From positions 1-54,756 of the IMG/VR virus record IMGVR_UViG_3300020173_000001: DNA of 54,756 bases. One strand, written 5' to 3'. Every line of letters begins with the position of its first letter. Position 1 is the first letter of the stretch. A program made the position numbers and the translations under genes. Below the pieces are notes generated by a model, which did no database searches, had not been told where the DNA came from, and saw nothing but the letters and a program-made list of their open reading frames with translations. Below are positions 24,801 to 35,129 of this stretch, piece by piece. This stretch comes from a virus. Taxonomy: Duplodnaviria > Caudoviricetes.

Positions 24801-27776
24801 TTATCCGAATATCCCACCGAAGTCACCAAACAAAAACCTAGTAATAAACTCTGTTTTTGCAGAATCTTCTGCGTAGCCTATTTTTTCTTTTAATGCTTCT
24901 AATGTTTGCTCACCTAAAAGAATTTGCATAGCTCTGTCTTTAGCTGATTCAGCTGAAGTAAAGTTATAACTCATTAGATCACGTTCACGTTGCCAAACTG
25001 CGTCAATATTTTTAGAAGTCATAGCATTAATAGTAGCAGCAAACTCTCTATTACTTTCATTTTGAGCAGCAGTATTTAAAGTTGCAATATTCTGTCTCCA
25101 CTGAGCATTAGCTTGAGCTACTACTAAACTATTTGTAGCATTAAATGTATCACGTTGTTGTTGCAAGTTAGAGTTAAACTCACGAATAGCATTAATAGAG
25201 TTTACATTAAATTGATTAATTGCATTAGTTTGTGAGGCATTGAACTGTGAAGTTTGTGCAGACAAAGATGAAAAGAATTGTCTGGTTTGATTTTCATTAG
25301 CAGCATTAAATTGTGCTGCAGCATTTTCAGCAGCTTGATCTGTAAACAAAGCTTGAATGTTTTGTTGCGTTCTAAATATTGCAGATTGTTGTTTTCTATC
25401 AAGATTAGCCATATCCATAGCTAAGAAGTTCTGAGCATTCTGTACTGCAGCTTGTTGTCTATTACTTAAATTAGCCATATCAAGTTGCGACAATGCAGCG
25501 GCTTCTGCCATTACCATAGCTTGACGATTATTTAAGTTTGACAAGCGCATAGTATTTACTGCACGAGAATTTTCAAGAGCTATGTTTTGCTCTGCAGTAA
25601 AGTTCATATTAGCAATATCACCAATACGTGCTGAGTTCTGAACACGAGCTTGGAATGCTTGGTCAAACTCTTGACCCATAAACTGAGCACGTTGTTGTGC
25701 CGCAAGCATAGCACGTTGTTGACGGTTTGACAAGTTCTGAGCTTCAAAAGATGCAACTGTTTGTGCATCAGCTTGAGCAATAGGTAAAGCAGATTCCATT
25801 GCAGCTTGCACAACAGCTTGACCAGCAAGACTACTAGCACCTAATCCACGAGCAGCCATAGCACCCATAGCATTACGCATTGCACCAGCAGCCCATGCAG
25901 GTGTATCACCACCTTCAAACTGTTGCATAAGACCCTCTAATTGGCCTTGTACAGTGGCTTGTTTGCTTGGGGTAGCTTGAGCAGCCTCAATCTGTTCAGT
26001 AAACTTAGCGGCTTTAGCAGCGTCTGCCACACCACTAATTAATTCACCATCTTGCAACTCCCGTTGTGTAGGATTCTGCATAGTAAAAGCTGCACCTTGA
26101 GCAGCTTCAAGATCTGATACTGCAGATTTGTTTTGTTGGGCTGCATCTATTTGTGCTCCGGGGCGAATTGTTCCATAGACATTAGGCATAGCTGCAGTTT
26201 GTGCTTGAACATAAGGACTAACTGTACCCGCTTGATAAGTAGAAGCTGGAACATATGTAGGTGCTTGAGCTTGAGATACTTGTCCTACCGTTGCAGCTGT
26301 AGTAGTTGGTGCTTGACCATACACTTGACCTGCATAAGGAGATATAAATTGACCATCTGTTGGTCTAATATAAGATACAGGAGCTTGCATAGGTTGAAAT
26401 GTTTGTCTTAAAGCTGAAGAAAACATTGGAATCACACCACTTGTGTAACTAATATTATCACCACCCTCTTGCAAACCACGAACCATACCACCTTTTGCCA
26501 TAGCTTGTTCATACATACCCATACGAGCAGCTACTGCGGGATTAGATTTAGCAAAGTCATTAAGTCCAGCTTCAGTTTTTGGGCCTTTGTAACCTAAAAA
26601 CTTAGTTGCTAGTTTATACTTAGCATCTAAATTAGTGTCTCCACCTTCAGCATAACCAACTGATCCACCCTGTGCCATACTCATTTTAGAGTATCCCGGT
26701 GGTACGTATGTTACAGCTTTACCATCAATTTCTGTAACAGGTATTTGTTGTCCTAATTCGTTTGAATACATAACTGTTTGACTCATTCCTGTTGTTGTAT
26801 CTGAAGGAAGTGATACCGTTTGTGGTACAGCGCCTTGAATATATTGAGGAGAAAATACTTGTGAAGGTATATCTGCAGTGCTTGAAGAAGCACTTGTAGG
26901 TCCAGATAAAGGGGCAGCTTCACCAACTTCATATCCGGGAGGGTCATAAGTAGAAGCAGCTTCACCTGAGTAAGGAGTATACGTTTCTGGTCTACGACCT
27001 TCTATTCTATCTTGAGCAACTTTTTGTGCTTCTGCAGTACGTCTAGTTTTTTCTGCAGCTATTCTAGCATCTTCAGCTTCTTTAGCTCTACGAGCTTCTT
27101 CAGCTTTACGTGTTTCTTCTTCAAGTCTAAGACGTTCAGTCTCTGCTTTAGCTTCTTCTTCTGCTTTTAGTTTAGCCTCTTCTTCAAGTCTAAGACGTTC
27201 AGCCTCTGCTTGGGCTGCTTCTTCGGCTTCTAAACGAAGTCTTTCAGCCTCAGCTTCTGCTTCAATTCTAGCCTTTTCCTCTGCTTCAATTCTAGCTTTT
27301 TCTTCCGCTTCTAATCTAGCTTCTTCTTCAGCTTTAGCTTTTTCAGCTGCTGTTTCTAAACCTTTAATATAAGCAGCTAATTCTGTTTGATAAGTGGCTT
27401 CATCTTCATTGTATTTTTCTATATCTTTTTCATATTGCTCAGAGGCTGAAACATAGTTATTATAAGCATCGTACTTATTCGATAAAGATTTCCAAGCTTT
27501 GTAAGGTTCATTAAGCTTTGCACCAAATTCATTGCCTTCTTTATGAAGTAAGTTTTTTTGGATCTGACCTTTGTCATTACGAATATCACGAAAAGGAGTC
27601 TTTTTAAATTCTCCTGTAACCATATTTTTCCAAACAGCGGCTTGCATATGTGGACGATCATTATAATATTCATTCCACACCCAACTCCAATTACCGGGAT
27701 TATTTCCTAACTCTTGTTCAGGTTTAGCTACCGCAGCAGGTTCAGTTGGTTTTATAGGTTTTATTGGTTTAGCCAT
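24801..27776 (-). CDS. Internal virion protein with E/A/K/R coiled-coil repeats and Q/N/A-rich C-terminus
   Basis: EAERLRLEEE-type repeats, NLSNRQQ repeats, four xxGG motifs. Confidence 0.7.
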   Translation of the reverse strand: MAKPIKPIKPTEPAAVAKPEQELGNNPGNWSWVWNEYYNDRPHMQAAVWKNMVTGEFKKTPFRDIRNDKGQIQKNLLHKEGNEFGAKLNEPYKAWKSLSNKYDAYNNYVSASEQYEKDIEKYNEDEATYQTELAAYIKGLETAAEKAKAEEEARLEAEEKARIEAEEKARIEAEAEAERLRLEAEEAAQAEAERLRLEEEAKLKAEEEAKAETERLRLEEETRKAEEARRAKEAEDARIAAEKTRRTAEAQKVAQDRIEGRRPETYTPYSGEAASTYDPPGYEVGEAAPLSGPTSASSSTADIPSQVFSPQYIQGAVPQTVSLPSDTTTGMSQTVMYSNELGQQIPVTEIDGKAVTYVPPGYSKMSMAQGGSVGYAEGGDTNLDAKYKLATKFLGYKGPKTEAGLNDFAKSNPAVAARMGMYEQAMAKGGMVRGLQEGGDNISYTSGVIPMFSSALRQTFQPMQAPVSYIRPTDGQFISPYAGQVYGQAPTTTAATVGQVSQAQAPTYVPASTYQAGTVSPYVQAQTAAMPNVYGTIRPGAQIDAAQQNKSAVSDLEAAQGAAFTMQNPTQRELQDGELISGVADAAKAAKFTEQIEAAQATPSKQATVQGQLEGLMQQFEGGDTPAWAAGAMRNAMGAMAARGLGASSLAGQAVVQAAMESALPIAQADAQTVASFEAQNLSNRQQRAMLAAQQRAQFMGQEFDQAFQARVQNSARIGDIANMNFTAEQNIALENSRAVNTMRLSNLNNRQAMVMAEAAALSQLDMANLSNRQQAAVQNAQNFLAMDMANLDRKQQSAIFRTQQNIQALFTDQAAENAAAQFNAANENQTRQFFSSLSAQTSQFNASQTNAINQFNVNSINAIREFNSNLQQQRDTFNATNSLVVAQANAQWRQNIATLNTAAQNESNREFAATINAMTSKNIDAVWQRERDLMSYNFTSAESAKDRAMQILLGEQTLEALKEKIGYAEDSAKTEFITRFLFGDFGGIFG

Positions 27777-27781
27777 ATTTA

Positions 27782-28249
27782 TTATCCGTTTACTACTTCG
27801 TTAAGACCCCAGATCATTGCACCTGTACCACCTAAAAATAATATTACACCTATTGTTAAAGATATACCCCAGAACAATCTGTCTCTTGCTTTAGCTTGTG
27901 CCTCTAGTGCTTCTTTTTGTCTAACCCTAGCAGCAGCTTGTTCTTTCACAACAAGATCCCACATTCCCGGTGGTCCATATAGTCTACACACTTCACGTAA
28001 TTCGTTCTGTGCTTCTTTATGTTTCATCTTGGCTTGTGCAATTGCAAAGCCTTCTTCTTCAGACGAACTTAACCTACCTAGTGGGCCTTTATGTCTACCC
28101 TGTTCAGCTAAACTAATGTCAGCTTCAAGTTTTGCAAGCTTACCAAAGTGGGGTAGTAAGTCTGCTATATCACTACCAGCTTTAACTGCAGAGCTAACTG
28201 CACCAGCTATTTTAGTAACTGCACCTGCTAAAGCTAATACTTCTATCAT
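27782..28249 (-). CDS. Hypothetical membrane protein
   Basis: C-terminal TM LFWGISLTIGVILFLGGTGAMIWGL. Confidence 0.7.
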   Translation of the reverse strand: MIEVLALAGAVTKIAGAVSSAVKAGSDIADLLPHFGKLAKLEADISLAEQGRHKGPLGRLSSSEEEGFAIAQAKMKHKEAQNELREVCRLYGPPGMWDLVVKEQAAARVRQKEALEAQAKARDRLFWGISLTIGVILFLGGTGAMIWGLNEVVNG

Positions 28250-28266
28250 TGTGGCAAATCCTATTA

Positions 28267-28527
28267 TTATTCATTTGCCATCTTTTCTACTGATGATCTT
28301 ATTGCTTTTATGTTTTCGTCAATACGTGCTAGTGATATTGCTTGTTCATGTACCGAAGTTTCTATACGGGCCATGCGTTGTTGTAAGGACATGATGTCAT
28401 CTCTGTTAGTTTCTATGTCAGACATCATCATACTAACTGTCCATACGATAGCTGCCCCTTGAACAAGTAAGCCAAAGATCAGTGTAATCGGTACAGACTT
28501 GCTAAGGTGCCAGCTATCCTCAGACAT
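28267..28527 (-). CDS. TM plus coiled-coil small protein
   Basis: VPITLIFGLLVQGAAIVW then heptads. Confidence 0.7.
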   Translation of the reverse strand: MSEDSWHLSKSVPITLIFGLLVQGAAIVWTVSMMMSDIETNRDDIMSLQQRMARIETSVHEQAISLARIDENIKAIRSSVEKMANE

Positions 28528-28748
28528 TATGTGTTGCTTGCAATAGCTGCATTAGCAGCAGTCATATCTTCTGTTGTCCAGAAGTCTTTAGCCACCATTA
28601 GCTGTAGATGCTCTACGTTGCGAGACACAGTGTCAGCCCAATCGGCATCTTCCATGTCCTCTGGTTGTCCAGCGTTTAGCAAGTCAACAGAGTGACCCAT
28701 TGCTGTGTAGTGTTGTGCGATTTCTTCCGCAGTTGGTGTATCAGTCAT
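28527..28748 (-). CDS. Tail-fibre-associated small protein
   Basis: AAGGAG RBS; downstream of the fibre. Confidence 0.65.
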   Translation of the reverse strand: MTDTPTAEEIAQHYTAMGHSVDLLNAGQPEDMEDADWADTVSRNVEHLQLMVAKDFWTTEDMTAANAAIASNT

Positions 28749-28777
28749 GTCTTTCTCCTTTTCTAACTGGTTACGGG

Positions 28778-29050
28778 TTATGCGTTTTCAGCGTCACGCT
28801 CAGTGCGTGTTACATAGTCTTCCCGTGCAGTAACCAGTGCCACAAAGTCTGCTTGGTTAGACGGGATTGGATCAGTGAAGCTGTCATCATTCATCAGCTT
28901 GGTAGTCCACTCTTGCTGCATACGCTTCCAGCAGTTGTTCTTCTTGCCATTCATTGCAGCCTGTAGCCAATCGTCTATGCTCAACAGATCGTTAAGCAAG
29001 ATGGCTTGCTCCGTGTCTGTGATTTCGACTGTTAATGTTATTGTTGCCAT
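28778..29050 (-). CDS. Tail-fibre-associated small protein (possible chaperone)
   Basis: AAGGAGG RBS; immediately downstream of the fibre. Confidence 0.65.
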   Translation of the reverse strand: MATITLTVEITDTEQAILLNDLLSIDDWLQAAMNGKKNNCWKRMQQEWTTKLMNDDSFTDPIPSNQADFVALVTAREDYVTRTERDAENA

Positions 29051-29090
29051 TGTTTTGCCTCCTTTAAGACAGGGTTATTTCGCCCGATTG

Positions 29091-32000
29091 TTATGCTACT
29101 AGGTAGCCGCTGAATCTAGCTTGAGTAGTTATATCTGTTTGCACACTACCAGCACCTTGTAGCAGGAATATATACGCAGTATCATTTGCATCCATATCTG
29201 CTAAAATAGAAAGTGTTTCAGTCCAATACACTGGATCACTGGCAAGAACTCCGGGGTCTATGACGTTTTGGTATGTTCTATTAGAAGTTTTAAGACCTAG
29301 GGTGTAATAGTCTGCGGCTGTGTCCAAATTATTAACATATAAAGACACATTAAGTTGGTACTTTCCTGTTACTGGTGCGGTAAATTGAGAGCCTCCAAAG
29401 TCTGCACCTTGGTCAAATACCTCTGTTCCAAAAGCAACCAAAACTTCAGAATTAATAGCAATGTTAAGCTGGGAAACGCTAGGTACAGCTTGAAACGCTG
29501 GCTGTGCTGGCTTGGTGACTGCACCATTGCTGTCCACAATAACCCTAGGATTTCCATCCCCATCAGACAACACGATGTTGTTGCTTGAGGTGCGGATGTC
29601 CAAGCCGCCTTGGTTGCCGTTGTATGAGCCAAGAATGGTGTTTTTACTTCCACTAGTCATACCTATACCCGCAGCATGACCTATGAATGTGTTTTGATTA
29701 CCAGATGAACTTTCGCCAGACTTATATCCGAAAAAAGAATTATAGTATCCGTTTGTTGATACCCCAGCTCTGTGTCCTACGGCAGTATTTGATCCAGTTG
29801 ATGCTGTGGTTTGTGAGTAAAGAGCCTGATAGCCAATAGCTACGTTTTCAGTAGAAGTAGTGTTAGAGTAAAGAGCCTGATACCCAACCGCTGTGTTGTT
29901 GCTGGCGGTAGTGTTAGAGTAGAGAGAACCTTGTCCCAACGCAGTGTTGTTGCTGCCAGTTGTGTTGCTATACATCGTTATACCACCAAAGGCAGCATTG
30001 TTTGTGCCTGTGGAGTTTGAATACATAGTAACATGACCAAAGGCACTGTTGTAGTTTGCTGTTGTATTTGCTCTCAATGCTTGAGTACCAAAGGCATTGT
30101 TGCCAGTACCAGTAGTATTACTATACCCAGCCTGATACCCAACGGCATTATTGTCATTGGCGGTGGTGTTGGATTGGAGTGCAGAACGTCCAATAGCAGT
30201 ATTATACTGACCTGTAGTCGTGCTGTAGGCCGCACTCATACCCACAGCCGTGTTCTCATTAGCCGTTGTCATAGAGTACAAGGCTCTTGCGCCAATCGCT
30301 ACAGCATTCCCACCTGTTGTATTAGAATAAAGAGCAGTGTCGCCAAATGCTGCGTTGTTGCCAGCAGTTGTGGTGTTGTATGCAGCCTGATAACCGACTG
30401 CCGTGTTGTTGTCTGCGGTGGTGTTGTTTGCTAAAGCATCACGACCAATCGCTACGTTAAGACTGCCCGTGGTATTATCAAGCAATGTGTTTGCGCCAAC
30501 GGAAACGTTACTTGAACCTGTTGTTGCTGAACGCTGTGCCAGTCTACCAATAGCCGTGTTTGCATAAGCTGTAGTAGCCGCATCAAGGGATTGATATCCA
30601 ACAGCAGTATTCTCATAACCTGTAGTATTAGCATAAAGCGACTGATACCCCACAGCCGTGTTTTGGCTGGCGGTGGTGTTGGAGTTAAGGCTCTCATAGC
30701 CAACAGATACGTTGTAATTACCTGTGGTATTGGTAAGCATAGCCTGATAGCCAATGCCTGTATTATGATTACCTGTAGTGTTGTTTGTTAAAGCCTCTCT
30801 GCCAACTGCTGTAATTCTTATACCAGTGGAGTTGTCTTTAAGTGCAGCCGCACCAACAGCTACGTTAGCAGTACCAGTAGTATTACTATACGCTGCCTGA
30901 TAACCAACAGCGGTGTTGTTGCTGGCGGTGGTGTTGGATCTTAATGCTTCGTGTCCGACTGATACGTTACTGCCGCCAGTAGTATTTGAGTATAAAGCGC
31001 CATAGCCACTCGCAAAGTTATTACTTGCGGTAGTGTTAGAATAAAGAGCCTGTCTTCCAAAAGCGTTGTTAAACTGGCCTGTTGTGTTGCTATATAAAGC
31101 CTCATAACCCGTGGCAGTATTAGCAGCACCAGCACCTGTGTTGCTATACAAGGCTCTGTAACCGATAGCCGTTATTTGTAAGCCCGTAGTATTACTATAA
31201 GCCGACTGATACCCAACCGCAGTGTTGTTGCTGGCGGTGGTGTTTTCGTACATAGCCTCATACCCAAAGGCTGAGTTGCTTCCACCAGTAGTATTTTTAT
31301 GCAAGGAGCGATAACCACTAGCTACATTATTAGCGCCAGTTGTGCTGAACTTTATACTTTCAAACCCAACCGCAGTGTTGTAGCTTGCGGTGGTGTTTTG
31401 CTGTAGTGCGTCTTGTCCTACAGCAACGTTGTTTGTGCCTGTTGTATTTAGCGTTAACGCATTATAACCAATAGCCGTATGTCCTGACCCAGTATTTGAA
31501 TATAAAGCTTTACGACCAACTGCAACAAGGGCAGACCCAGTACTGTTTGTGTATGCAGCCTGATACCCCACAGCAGTGTTGTTGTCTGCGGTGGTGTTGG
31601 ATACCAAACTATCACGACCAACAGCCACGTTGTAGCTACCTGTAGTGTTTGAAGCCAATGCACCAGAACCTACAGCAACACCTTCTCCACCTGTGGTGTT
31701 TGTGGTATATGCGTTTCTTCCAAGTGCAGTGTTGTGTGAAGCAGTCGTGTTGTTTGCCAAGGCAAGCCGACCCACGGCAGTATTTTCTGCACCAGACGTA
31801 TTATCATAAAGGGACTGATAGCCAACCGCAGTGTTGTTGTTGGCGGTTGTGTTGGAGAATAGTGCTTCTGCGCCCACCGCCACATTATTGTCGCCTGTTG
31901 TATTAGCTTTCATAGTGTCTGAGCCAAAAGCTGCGTTTAACGTGCCACCATCAGTAGCCGTCATGCTCTGTTTCCCAACCGCAGTGTTATTATTATCAGA

Positions 32001-33137
32001 CGTAGATGCCGCTAACGCTTCTTCGCCAACAGCTGTATTGTTTCTCCCATCCGTTGTTGCAGTAAGAGCAGATGCCCCAATCGCAACGTTTTGATCCCCA
32101 GTTGTCACACTATCAAAAGCCGCATTACCCAACGCCACGTTGTTTGTACCAGTAGGATAATTCCCATCCAGCTTGATCGTGCCGCCATCGACTGACAGGT
32201 TGCCAGCGACTGTAACACCGTCCGTGACTGCCGTACCCGTGATGTCTACGCCTGTGCTGGTGGTGGCGAGTTTTTGTGAGTTGTCGTAGTAAAGATTGAC
32301 TGCGCCATTAACCACGAATTGAGCATATGTTTCGGTGGCATCTGCCTTTAACATAGTAATACTATTACCAGTTAAGCGTAAATCGCCTGTGCCATTCTCA
32401 CCAACATAACTATTAGACCCATCATGGTAAATCTGTAGGTCAGACCCTGCGCCAAAGATGGCTTTGCGATTATCTAAGAAATGTAAATCACCTGCACTTG
32501 TTAGACGCATACGTTCTGTAGCTGCACCAGTAGTATTAGTTTTAAATACAAGGGCAGTAGAGTTAGTAGAACTATCAAATGTAGCTTCTGCTAATGCCTC
32601 AATAGATGCACCAACAAGTATAGCATCTGTACCACTAGCTTCATCAGGAGCACTAAACTCAATCTTACCTAATACATTAGTTGCTTCAATGGTAGTGTCT
32701 GATGTTTGCAACGAAAGCACATAACCAGAGCCTGTCTTACCAATGGTGTTTTGTGAGAAGGAAACAACACCACCAGAAGAAATAGCAATAGCATCACCAT
32801 CTGATGCAGAACCAATTGTACCTGCATTATCAATCTTAATACTACCAAGTGTAGCTACACCATCTAAATACATATCCTTAAACAAAAGACTATTTGTACC
32901 AATATCAAGTGTATTGGTAGTCTTAGGTTTAATTTCAGTGGCACTTGCTACAAAGTCTTGGACAGGGCCAAGCACAGTAATAGGACCACCTTCTGCAGAT
33001 GTTCCATCATGTGTATGTCCACTTGTACCAAAGGCACTTTCAATTGCGTCAAATTCACCATCTAAGTCTGCAGCATTGATAATGTTACCATCAGCAATGT
33101 TATTAGATGTATCATTTCTAGTGTAACCTGTTCCCAT
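29091..33137 (-). CDS. Tail fibre/spike with long 14-aa beta-solenoid repeats and C-terminal C1q-like domain
   Basis: N-terminal anchor IINAADLDGEFDAI..GHTHDG; dozens of NTAVGYQALYSNTT repeats; PAFQA..FTAPVTGKY..FSGYLV. Confidence 0.88.
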   Translation of the reverse strand: MGTGYTRNDTSNNIADGNIINAADLDGEFDAIESAFGTSGHTHDGTSAEGGPITVLGPVQDFVASATEIKPKTTNTLDIGTNSLLFKDMYLDGVATLGSIKIDNAGTIGSASDGDAIAISSGGVVSFSQNTIGKTGSGYVLSLQTSDTTIEATNVLGKIEFSAPDEASGTDAILVGASIEALAEATFDSSTNSTALVFKTNTTGAATERMRLTSAGDLHFLDNRKAIFGAGSDLQIYHDGSNSYVGENGTGDLRLTGNSITMLKADATETYAQFVVNGAVNLYYDNSQKLATTSTGVDITGTAVTDGVTVAGNLSVDGGTIKLDGNYPTGTNNVALGNAAFDSVTTGDQNVAIGASALTATTDGRNNTAVGEEALAASTSDNNNTAVGKQSMTATDGGTLNAAFGSDTMKANTTGDNNVAVGAEALFSNTTANNNTAVGYQSLYDNTSGAENTAVGRLALANNTTASHNTALGRNAYTTNTTGGEGVAVGSGALASNTTGSYNVAVGRDSLVSNTTADNNTAVGYQAAYTNSTGSALVAVGRKALYSNTGSGHTAIGYNALTLNTTGTNNVAVGQDALQQNTTASYNTAVGFESIKFSTTGANNVASGYRSLHKNTTGGSNSAFGYEAMYENTTASNNTAVGYQSAYSNTTGLQITAIGYRALYSNTGAGAANTATGYEALYSNTTGQFNNAFGRQALYSNTTASNNFASGYGALYSNTTGGSNVSVGHEALRSNTTASNNTAVGYQAAYSNTTGTANVAVGAAALKDNSTGIRITAVGREALTNNTTGNHNTGIGYQAMLTNTTGNYNVSVGYESLNSNTTASQNTAVGYQSLYANTTGYENTAVGYQSLDAATTAYANTAIGRLAQRSATTGSSNVSVGANTLLDNTTGSLNVAIGRDALANNTTADNNTAVGYQAAYNTTTAGNNAAFGDTALYSNTTGGNAVAIGARALYSMTTANENTAVGMSAAYSTTTGQYNTAIGRSALQSNTTANDNNAVGYQAGYSNTTGTGNNAFGTQALRANTTANYNSAFGHVTMYSNSTGTNNAAFGGITMYSNTTGSNNTALGQGSLYSNTTASNNTAVGYQALYSNTTSTENVAIGYQALYSQTTASTGSNTAVGHRAGVSTNGYYNSFFGYKSGESSSGNQNTFIGHAAGIGMTSGSKNTILGSYNGNQGGLDIRTSSNNIVLSDGDGNPRVIVDSNGAVTKPAQPAFQAVPSVSQLNIAINSEVLVAFGTEVFDQGADFGGSQFTAPVTGKYQLNVSLYVNNLDTAADYYTLGLKTSNRTYQNVIDPGVLASDPVYWTETLSILADMDANDTAYIFLLQGAGSVQTDITTQARFSGYLVA

Positions 33138-33143
33138 TTTGGT

Positions 33144-35126
33144 TTACCTTCTCGTGTTTGTACCAAATTCTATTGTAATTGCATCAAGAGAAAATGGCGG
33201 GTCTGTGCTATCTGATTCAAATTGTATAGATGCTGTAAAGCCTGATCCTATTAGTTGTGTTTCAAAAAGAGTTACTAGCTTATTACTATATACTGCAGAA
33301 GACCCAAATACTGCAGAGCCATAAAAAGCAACCTCACCTGTGTCGTTATCAAAATTTACCTGTGTAGGCTGTATACTATTACGTTGATCAAAGTCTAGTT
33401 TAAGACTCATATCAAATGAAACACTACCTTGTGGATCTGTATAAAGAAATGCTTTATAAAAAGTCTTACGTACTCTTGGATCATTAATAGGCATAAACGG
33501 TGTAGCAAATGTAGTTTGTATATTTAAACTATCAAAACTATTACCATCTTCCATTTGATACAAATAACCATCATCATTAGCAAAGACAATTGTTTCTGTA
33601 TTTTGATAGAACCTACTGTCAGCTACGTAAGCTCTAATGCCACGTAGCTCACCCCAAGCCATTCCTTCACCACCTTGACCAGAAAACTGTGTACCAAGAA
33701 TACCTTGAGCATTTTCTTGTGTAATGTTTGTATTATACCCTAGTATTCTATACTGAGATTTATTACGAATAACTACACTGGCAAAAGAAGTATTGGAAGT
33801 AATAAAGCTTGTTACTTCTTTTTGTATTGCTTTAGATACGACACCAAGACCAAAGTCACCGATACGATCTGTACCGCTTAATAATCTAAGCCCATCTGGA
33901 CCTAAAAACATTATATCACCACCCACTTCTTGGATAGTGTCTGTATCTACACAACCAATATCTATAGTAACTGGTTGTAACTGAAAGTCTGCTATTGTAT
34001 TACCGACTAGTTGGAATATGGAAGACTCAGTAAAAATAATTAATTGCTGTCTAAAAACAATCAGTCCTGTAATCACGGCTCCTAAAGAGATTGTACCAGA
34101 ACCTGCAGCTGCTGTAAAGTTATTATCTGTATATGGAGCAGTAAAAGTTAATAAGTTACTTTTACCAAAGAATAGTTGGTTTTTAAAGTTTACTACAAAA
34201 CTTGCACCATTAACATCTGTAGGAGCATCATTAAGTGCAGTAAAAGTGTTGTTGTCATATAGTGCAGGAACATTAGTACCATCTACTATGGCTATTTTTT
34301 CTGTTCCTGTATAGTTATATCGTGCAAATCTAGTTTTACCAGCACTTTCTCTTGACACACTTAAAAAAGTTATTGCAGCATTATCCGCTGGAGAACTATC
34401 TAATGCTGGGTTAATTGCTAATGTAGCACCACCAGAACTTACGCTTGCATCTGCAGTTATAGTATAAACAAGATCTATACCAGCAATCTTAAATACATCA
34501 CCCGCTTGAGGGGCTGCAGTTAAACCATCAACAATAAGACTTGTACCAGTTTGTGATCCACCATTAACAAGTACAGTACCATAGTTAGGTACGTTAATAT
34601 GTTCTATTGTACTGGAAGATATTTTAAAAAGATCATCATTTTTCGCAACAATAACCCTATCTAAAAATACACCACAACCAAGTGCAAGATAGTTACTTGT
34701 CGTTGTAGTAAATGTAACTGCGGCTGCATTTGCAGGAGAGCTATCAAGAGCGCCAGTAAGTGTTAGTGTAGCTCTATTATTTGTAGCGTCATATGATACA
34801 CCTCCAGATGCAATGGTATATGTACCTGTAACCCCCTCTATTGTAAGTGTGTCACCTGCCTCTGGTGTCTGATGTATATTACCAATAATAAGACTAGTAC
34901 CAGACTGACTAGCACCATGTACAACAGGAGCACCATAAGGTGGAATAATATTATTATTATATTTGGTATAACCTAAGATACGTCTGTAGCCACCTTCAAT
35001 AGATGGCTCAAAGTTTCTAAGAGTTCTTGCAGATCCCGGTGCATTAATACCTTGTTGCAAAGGACTCATATTAGTAACAAGCCCACCCTTAAATTCTATA
35101 GGGTATGTTTGACGGGTTGATGGCAT
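33144..35126 (-). CDS. Tail nozzle/stabilisation protein (P22 gp10 / T7 gp12-like)
   Basis: GGLVTN..NFEPSIEGGYRRI, beta-propeller-like pattern, follows the adaptor gene. Confidence 0.75.
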   Translation of the reverse strand: MPSTRQTYPIEFKGGLVTNMSPLQQGINAPGSARTLRNFEPSIEGGYRRILGYTKYNNNIIPPYGAPVVHGASQSGTSLIIGNIHQTPEAGDTLTIEGVTGTYTIASGGVSYDATNNRATLTLTGALDSSPANAAAVTFTTTTSNYLALGCGVFLDRVIVAKNDDLFKISSSTIEHINVPNYGTVLVNGGSQTGTSLIVDGLTAAPQAGDVFKIAGIDLVYTITADASVSSGGATLAINPALDSSPADNAAITFLSVSRESAGKTRFARYNYTGTEKIAIVDGTNVPALYDNNTFTALNDAPTDVNGASFVVNFKNQLFFGKSNLLTFTAPYTDNNFTAAAGSGTISLGAVITGLIVFRQQLIIFTESSIFQLVGNTIADFQLQPVTIDIGCVDTDTIQEVGGDIMFLGPDGLRLLSGTDRIGDFGLGVVSKAIQKEVTSFITSNTSFASVVIRNKSQYRILGYNTNITQENAQGILGTQFSGQGGEGMAWGELRGIRAYVADSRFYQNTETIVFANDDGYLYQMEDGNSFDSLNIQTTFATPFMPINDPRVRKTFYKAFLYTDPQGSVSFDMSLKLDFDQRNSIQPTQVNFDNDTGEVAFYGSAVFGSSAVYSNKLVTLFETQLIGSGFTASIQFESDSTDPPFSLDAITIEFGTNTRR

Positions 35127-35129
35127 GTA

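Noticed and set aside
27040-27350. EAERLRLEEE DNA-level repeats as a separate element
   Set aside because: Explained by a coiled-coil, low-complexity stretch in the 991-aa protein
27714-28394. 226-aa + strand ORF and the many other antisense ORFs in the track
   Set aside because: They shadow well-supported genes on the opposite strand and lack RBS and motifs; the genome is strictly two-armed
29700-32150. Diversity-generating retroelement TR/VR in the fibre repeats
   Set aside because: No reverse transcriptase seen; the repeats are in-frame solenoid units, not an adenine-variable pair
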